Assembly (NCBI GenBank): GCA_022821725.1
Contig: JAJEDB010000018.1
Location: forward strand, 30,467-94,466
Length of the DNA stretch: 64,000 nt
Source of the DNA: Candidatus Poribacteria bacterium
GTDB lineage: Bacteria > Poribacteria > WGA-4E > WGA-3G
Direction of reading: 5' to 3'
In this document: piece after piece, positions 61,299 through 64,000 of the stretch
How the letters are laid out: each line of letters starts with the position of its first letter
Numbering within the stretch: position 1 is the stretch's first letter
Made by a program: the position numbers and the translations under genes
Notes under the pieces: model-generated
Told to the model about the DNA's origin: nothing
What the model saw: the letters and a program-made list of their open reading frames with translations, nothing else
Database searches by the model: none

Positions 61299-61766
61299 CT
61301 ATTCCTCCTCGATCTTCATCATTTTTTGCACGTTCTTGATCGTTTTGTAGATGAGCCGCTTGTCCTGATCAAACTGGTTTGCGATTTTATGAAACACTGT
61401 TGCTGTATCGGTGTTACTATCGAACGCATGCCTTACCATAAGTTCCCAAATTTTCTTTCGGGTATCTGATACCCTTTTAGCGATGTTGAACATCTGCTCG
61501 ATCCGTCCGGTCGAAGCAGCGATTTTTCGTTCTGCGCTCGGAAATCGATAATTATGCCCTAAACCGAAGGGATAAGCAATTTTCGGGGTGCCAAAGATGC
61601 GAGGCTCATTGACAGATTCACCATTGATCTTTTTTATTTTTAGTGAACCGTAATGTCTGTCTCTACTGAAACTGACCTGTCCCTCAACATGGTTTTGAGG
61701 ATTAAACGGGTCTGTCGCGCTAAATTCGGAGTAGTTGGAATCTAAAACTTGCTGGCCTCTTTTCAT
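61299..61766 (-). CDS. Hypothetical protein
   Basis: 155-aa ORF ending 14 nt upstream of the potB start. I recognise no motif. Confidence 0.5.
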   Translation of the reverse strand: MKRGQQVLDSNYSEFSATDPFNPQNHVEGQVSFSRDRHYGSLKIKKINGESVNEPRIFGTPKIAYPFGLGHNYRFPSAERKIAASTGRIEQMFNIAKRVSDTRKKIWELMVRHAFDSNTDTATVFHKIANQFDQDKRLIYKTIKNVQKMMKIEEE

Positions 61767-61965
61767 TTTTCTGCCTCCGTGCTAACCCTATTATACACAG
61801 TCTCCCAAGGAAATTCAAGGCAAATCCAAACCACAAGAAGAGTGTATACAGTGCTTGAGAAACGGTCAGGAGAGAATCCCCTTGTAGCATAACCTGTCAG
61901 GTTGTGCCCCGTGGGAGCAATTCCGAAGTCCGCAAGGAGGTAAGAACTTAGGGAAAATACTCTTT

Positions 61966-62070
61966 AAAATCCGCGTCATCTGTGCCATCCGCGTAAATCC
62001 GTGATTCAGACAATTAACATCCCCTAAAATCCGCGTCATCCGTAGAATCCGCGAAAATCCGCGATTCAGA
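61966..62070 (+). repeat. Two tandem copies of the ATCCGYG...ATTCAGA repeat family
   Basis: AAAATCCGCGTCATCTGTGCCATCCGCGTAAATCCGTGATTCAGACAATTAACA, then AAAATCCGCGTCATCCGTAGAATCCGCGAAAATCCGCGATTCAGA. Confidence 0.75.
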
Positions 62071-62170
62071 TTTTTATTTGATTGCAAACACAAAATAAGA
62101 TAAACTACTTCTTGTATCTTGCCCCGATGGACGATATTACCAAAAAACACAATTTAAAAGGAGACGGACA

Positions 62171-62431
62171 TTGGAAAAGATTCGTGAACTGATCTCTCTG
62201 TTAGAATCCGGGATCGAAGACTACGACGCGCAGATGAAAGTCCTACAGACGGAACGCTTAAAATATATTCGACTTTCCATTACAGATGGATTTGGCACAG
62301 AGGAAGGTGATTCTAAGGAGTCATGGCTGCTGCACCTCAAGCAGCTGGAAGATTCTCTCAGACTCCGACAGGACAGCATACGACAGGCAATCCGAGATGC
62401 CGCAGAAGATATTCAGAAAGAGGGAAAATGA
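62171..62431 (+). CDS. Small hypothetical coiled-coil protein
   Basis: 86-aa ORF with a TTG start and a helical, charged composition. Weak call. Confidence 0.3.
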   Translation: MEKIRELISLLESGIEDYDAQMKVLQTERLKYIRLSITDGFGTEEGDSKESWLLHLKQLEDSLRLRQDSIRQAIRDAAEDIQKEGK

Positions 62432-62450
62432 AAAAATACAAACAAAGATG

Positions 62451-62559
62451 TAGCCTGAAACGTAGTGGAAGGGTTTTTGCTTGGGTATTTCTTCAGATCT
62501 ACGGAGAGGCTATTTATTTATTCAACTTACCTGACCGAACCGCAAGGAAAAATTAAAAT
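62451..62559 (+). repeat. Leader-like repeat ending CCGCAAGGAAAAATTAAAAT (copy L3) abutting a start codon
   Basis: TAGCCTGAAACGTAGTGGAAGGGTTTTTGCTTGGGTATTTC...GAACCGCAAGGAAAAATTAAAAT, then ATG 62560. Confidence 0.75.
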
Positions 62560-64000
62560 ATGATAGTTAGATACACATATCCTAATGCAAGAAAACACAC
62601 AACATATATCCTGCTCTTGATAGGGTTTTTTGCCGTTTGGACGGTAAATGCCCAAGAGATGAACAGCACCCAAATCATCGAGGATGCGATCCGACACCAG
62701 AATTTAGGGTTGGCGTATCTCGAAGAATCGCAGCCCTCGAAAGCGGTCGAGGCGTTTACAGCACTGATTGAACTGCTCCCCGATGAAGCGATCGGTTACG
62801 GAAACCTCGCTGTCGCGTATCTACGCCTACAGCAGGCAGATGCTGCTGAAGAATGGGTCAAGCGTGGAATCGCTGTCGCACCGATGGACAGTCAATTACA
62901 CTTCATCTTGTCCGAGGTCTATCAACTCCAAGGACAGAGCGAATTAGCCGTGGAGGCGATGCAGGAAGCCGTGCGGTTGGCACCCGATGAGTTGGAGTTT
63001 CGCTATAAACTCGTCCGCCACTATCTGGCACAACGCAATGATCCAGAAGCGCAGCTGGAAGCGGTTGGACATCTGCAGGAACTCCATGCCCGGTCTCCGG
63101 TGAATATCGTTGTGCTGTTGAAATTGACACAAGGACTTTTGGCACAGGAGAAACTTGAGGATGCCGAAAATCTTTGTCAGGAGTTGATGCTCCTTTTAGG
63201 CGATATTGACCCAGACAAACTGAAATATCTCACACAAGGGATAACAGCGATACAACAAGGCGACCTGAAAATCGCTACCCGAAACCTCCGAATCTTTGAG
63301 AATGTGCAACGAGCGAGTCCACGGTATCAGCAGGGCATCGGTGAACTGGTAACCGACATCCTCGGCCATCCCATAGAAACCTTTAGCCCAGGCGTTAAGG
63401 CTCGGATTACCGCCAAACTGAGCACACCGATTGCAGTGGAGTTTGTGGATGTTACGGAACAACTTGGGCTCGCTACTGTGAGTGCCCCTACAGAAACATC
63501 TGCTGCTGTATATCTGATTGATTACGATGGCGATGGGAATCTGGATCTGTATATTGCCTCGACAGGGCAACTCCTTCGGAACACAGGCGAGAATTTTATG
63601 CATGTCCAACAGTTTGAAAGCGATCTCAGTCAACACGTTGTTGCGTTCGCGGATCTCAATAAAGACGGGACGCAAGAGCTCCTACTGCCACCTCACGACG
63701 CGATAACATACCTGCGAATGGATGCAGCGGGCAATTGGGAAACATCTTCACCCATTCAAAATGAACAGACAACAGACGAAACCGAACTCCTTTTCCCTGT
63801 TGATTTTGACCATGACGGCGATCTGGACCTCTTTTCGGGGCGAGCCAAGACGACACTGTATCGGAATAACGGCGATGCTGAAGGCAATATAACCTTCACC
63901 GATGTTAGCGAGCAAACCTTTGTAGGGACAGACGCGGATAACATGTCTCCCGTCCAGCGCGCCCCTGCTGAAGCAGTGTCCGCTGATTTTGATGATGACG
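62560..64000 (+). CDS. TPR + FG-GAP/VCBS-repeat (CRTAC1/ASPIC-UnbV-like) secreted protein, 3' end cut by window edge
   Basis: Absent from the ORF track because it runs off the right edge. Frame 62560 is open to base 64000: MIVRYTYPNARKHTTYILLLIGFFAVWTVNAQ (signal peptide), TPR-like helices, then repeated DYDGDGNLDLY, DLNKDGTQE, DFDHDGDLDLF and ADFDDD calcium-binding FG-GAP motifs. Confidence 0.8.
   Translation, partial: MIVRYTYPNARKHTTYILLLIGFFAVWTVNAQEMNSTQIIEDAIRHQNLGLAYLEESQPSKAVEAFTALIELLPDEAIGYGNLAVAYLRLQQADAAEEWVKRGIAVAPMDSQLHFILSEVYQLQGQSELAVEAMQEAVRLAPDELEFRYKLVRHYLAQRNDPEAQLEAVGHLQELHARSPVNIVVLLKLTQGLLAQEKLEDAENLCQELMLLLGDIDPDKLKYLTQGITAIQQGDLKIATRNLRIFENVQRASPRYQQGIGELVTDILGHPIETFSPGVKARITAKLSTPIAVEFVDVTEQLGLATVSAPTETSAAVYLIDYDGDGNLDLYIASTGQLLRNTGENFMHVQQFESDLSQHVVAFADLNKDGTQELLLPPHDAITYLRMDAAGNWETSSPIQNEQTTDETELLFPVDFDHDGDLDLFSGRAKTTLYRNNGDAEGNITFTDVSEQTFVGTDADNMSPVQRAPAEAVSADFDDD

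Noticed and set aside
61866-62150. 94-aa minus-strand ORF in the gap upstream of 62171 (and the 60-aa ORF 3128..3310)
   Set aside because: Both are composed almost entirely of the ATCCGYG and hairpin/tail repeat families read in one frame. They are repeat-derived rather than coding.
1-64000. tRNA, rRNA, tmRNA, RNase P RNA or prophage content
   Set aside because: I looked for T-loop/acceptor-like strings (GGTTCGAATCC-type), rRNA-like conserved blocks, and clusters of phage structural or integrase genes, and found none. A tRNA scan was not run, so a divergent tRNA cannot be formally excluded.

Overview
A 64-kb bacterial chromosomal window, about 50% GC by eye. It cannot be assigned to a taxon from sequence alone. 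I call about 55 protein genes and found no rRNA, tRNA or CRISPR array.

Housekeeping genes: purC, dapF, dapA, alr, dusB, potBC, phhB, ABC transporters, Gfo/Idh/MocA oxidoreductases, PQQ-propeller proteins and an M16 peptidase. Three accessory patches interrupt them.

1. Positions 1-7600: a type I R-M hsdM-hsdS pair. Downstream on the same strand lie a DUF4062-fusion protein and an OLD-like ATPase/TOPRIM gene that runs off the left edge and is absent from the ORF track. A MazF-type toxin-antitoxin pair follows.

2. Positions 9600-11600: an HNH-less RuvC nuclease with a PLMP motif and an RRXRR bridge helix (IsrB-like OMEGA effector). It is preceded by a 194-nt ORF-free structured region, a candidate omega-RNA. 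The element sits exactly where a DisA-like diadenylate cyclase gene loses its C-terminal third.

3. Positions 29100-33300: an intact dndC translationally coupled to a roughly 25-codon dndD stub. The stub is broken at the border of an AT-rich two-gene cassette on the opposite strand, encoding a DGQHR/DndB-like protein and an HNH_2 nuclease under their own promoter.

Other notable points:
- An AhpD/CMD-family gene is split in the ORF track by an in-frame TGA at the second Cys of the CxxC motif, with a hairpin downstream, so it is a candidate selenoprotein.
- A tandemly duplicated toxin-antitoxin module has lost its toxin in the second copy.
- A roughly 390-nt unit runs from promoter to terminator with no convincing ORF.
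- At least six families of short interspersed repeats (MITE-like and REP-like) remodel gene ends. They supply stop codons, C-termini or Shine-Dalgarno sequences and inflate several ORF-track N-termini.

All family assignments come from motifs read by eye; no database search was run.
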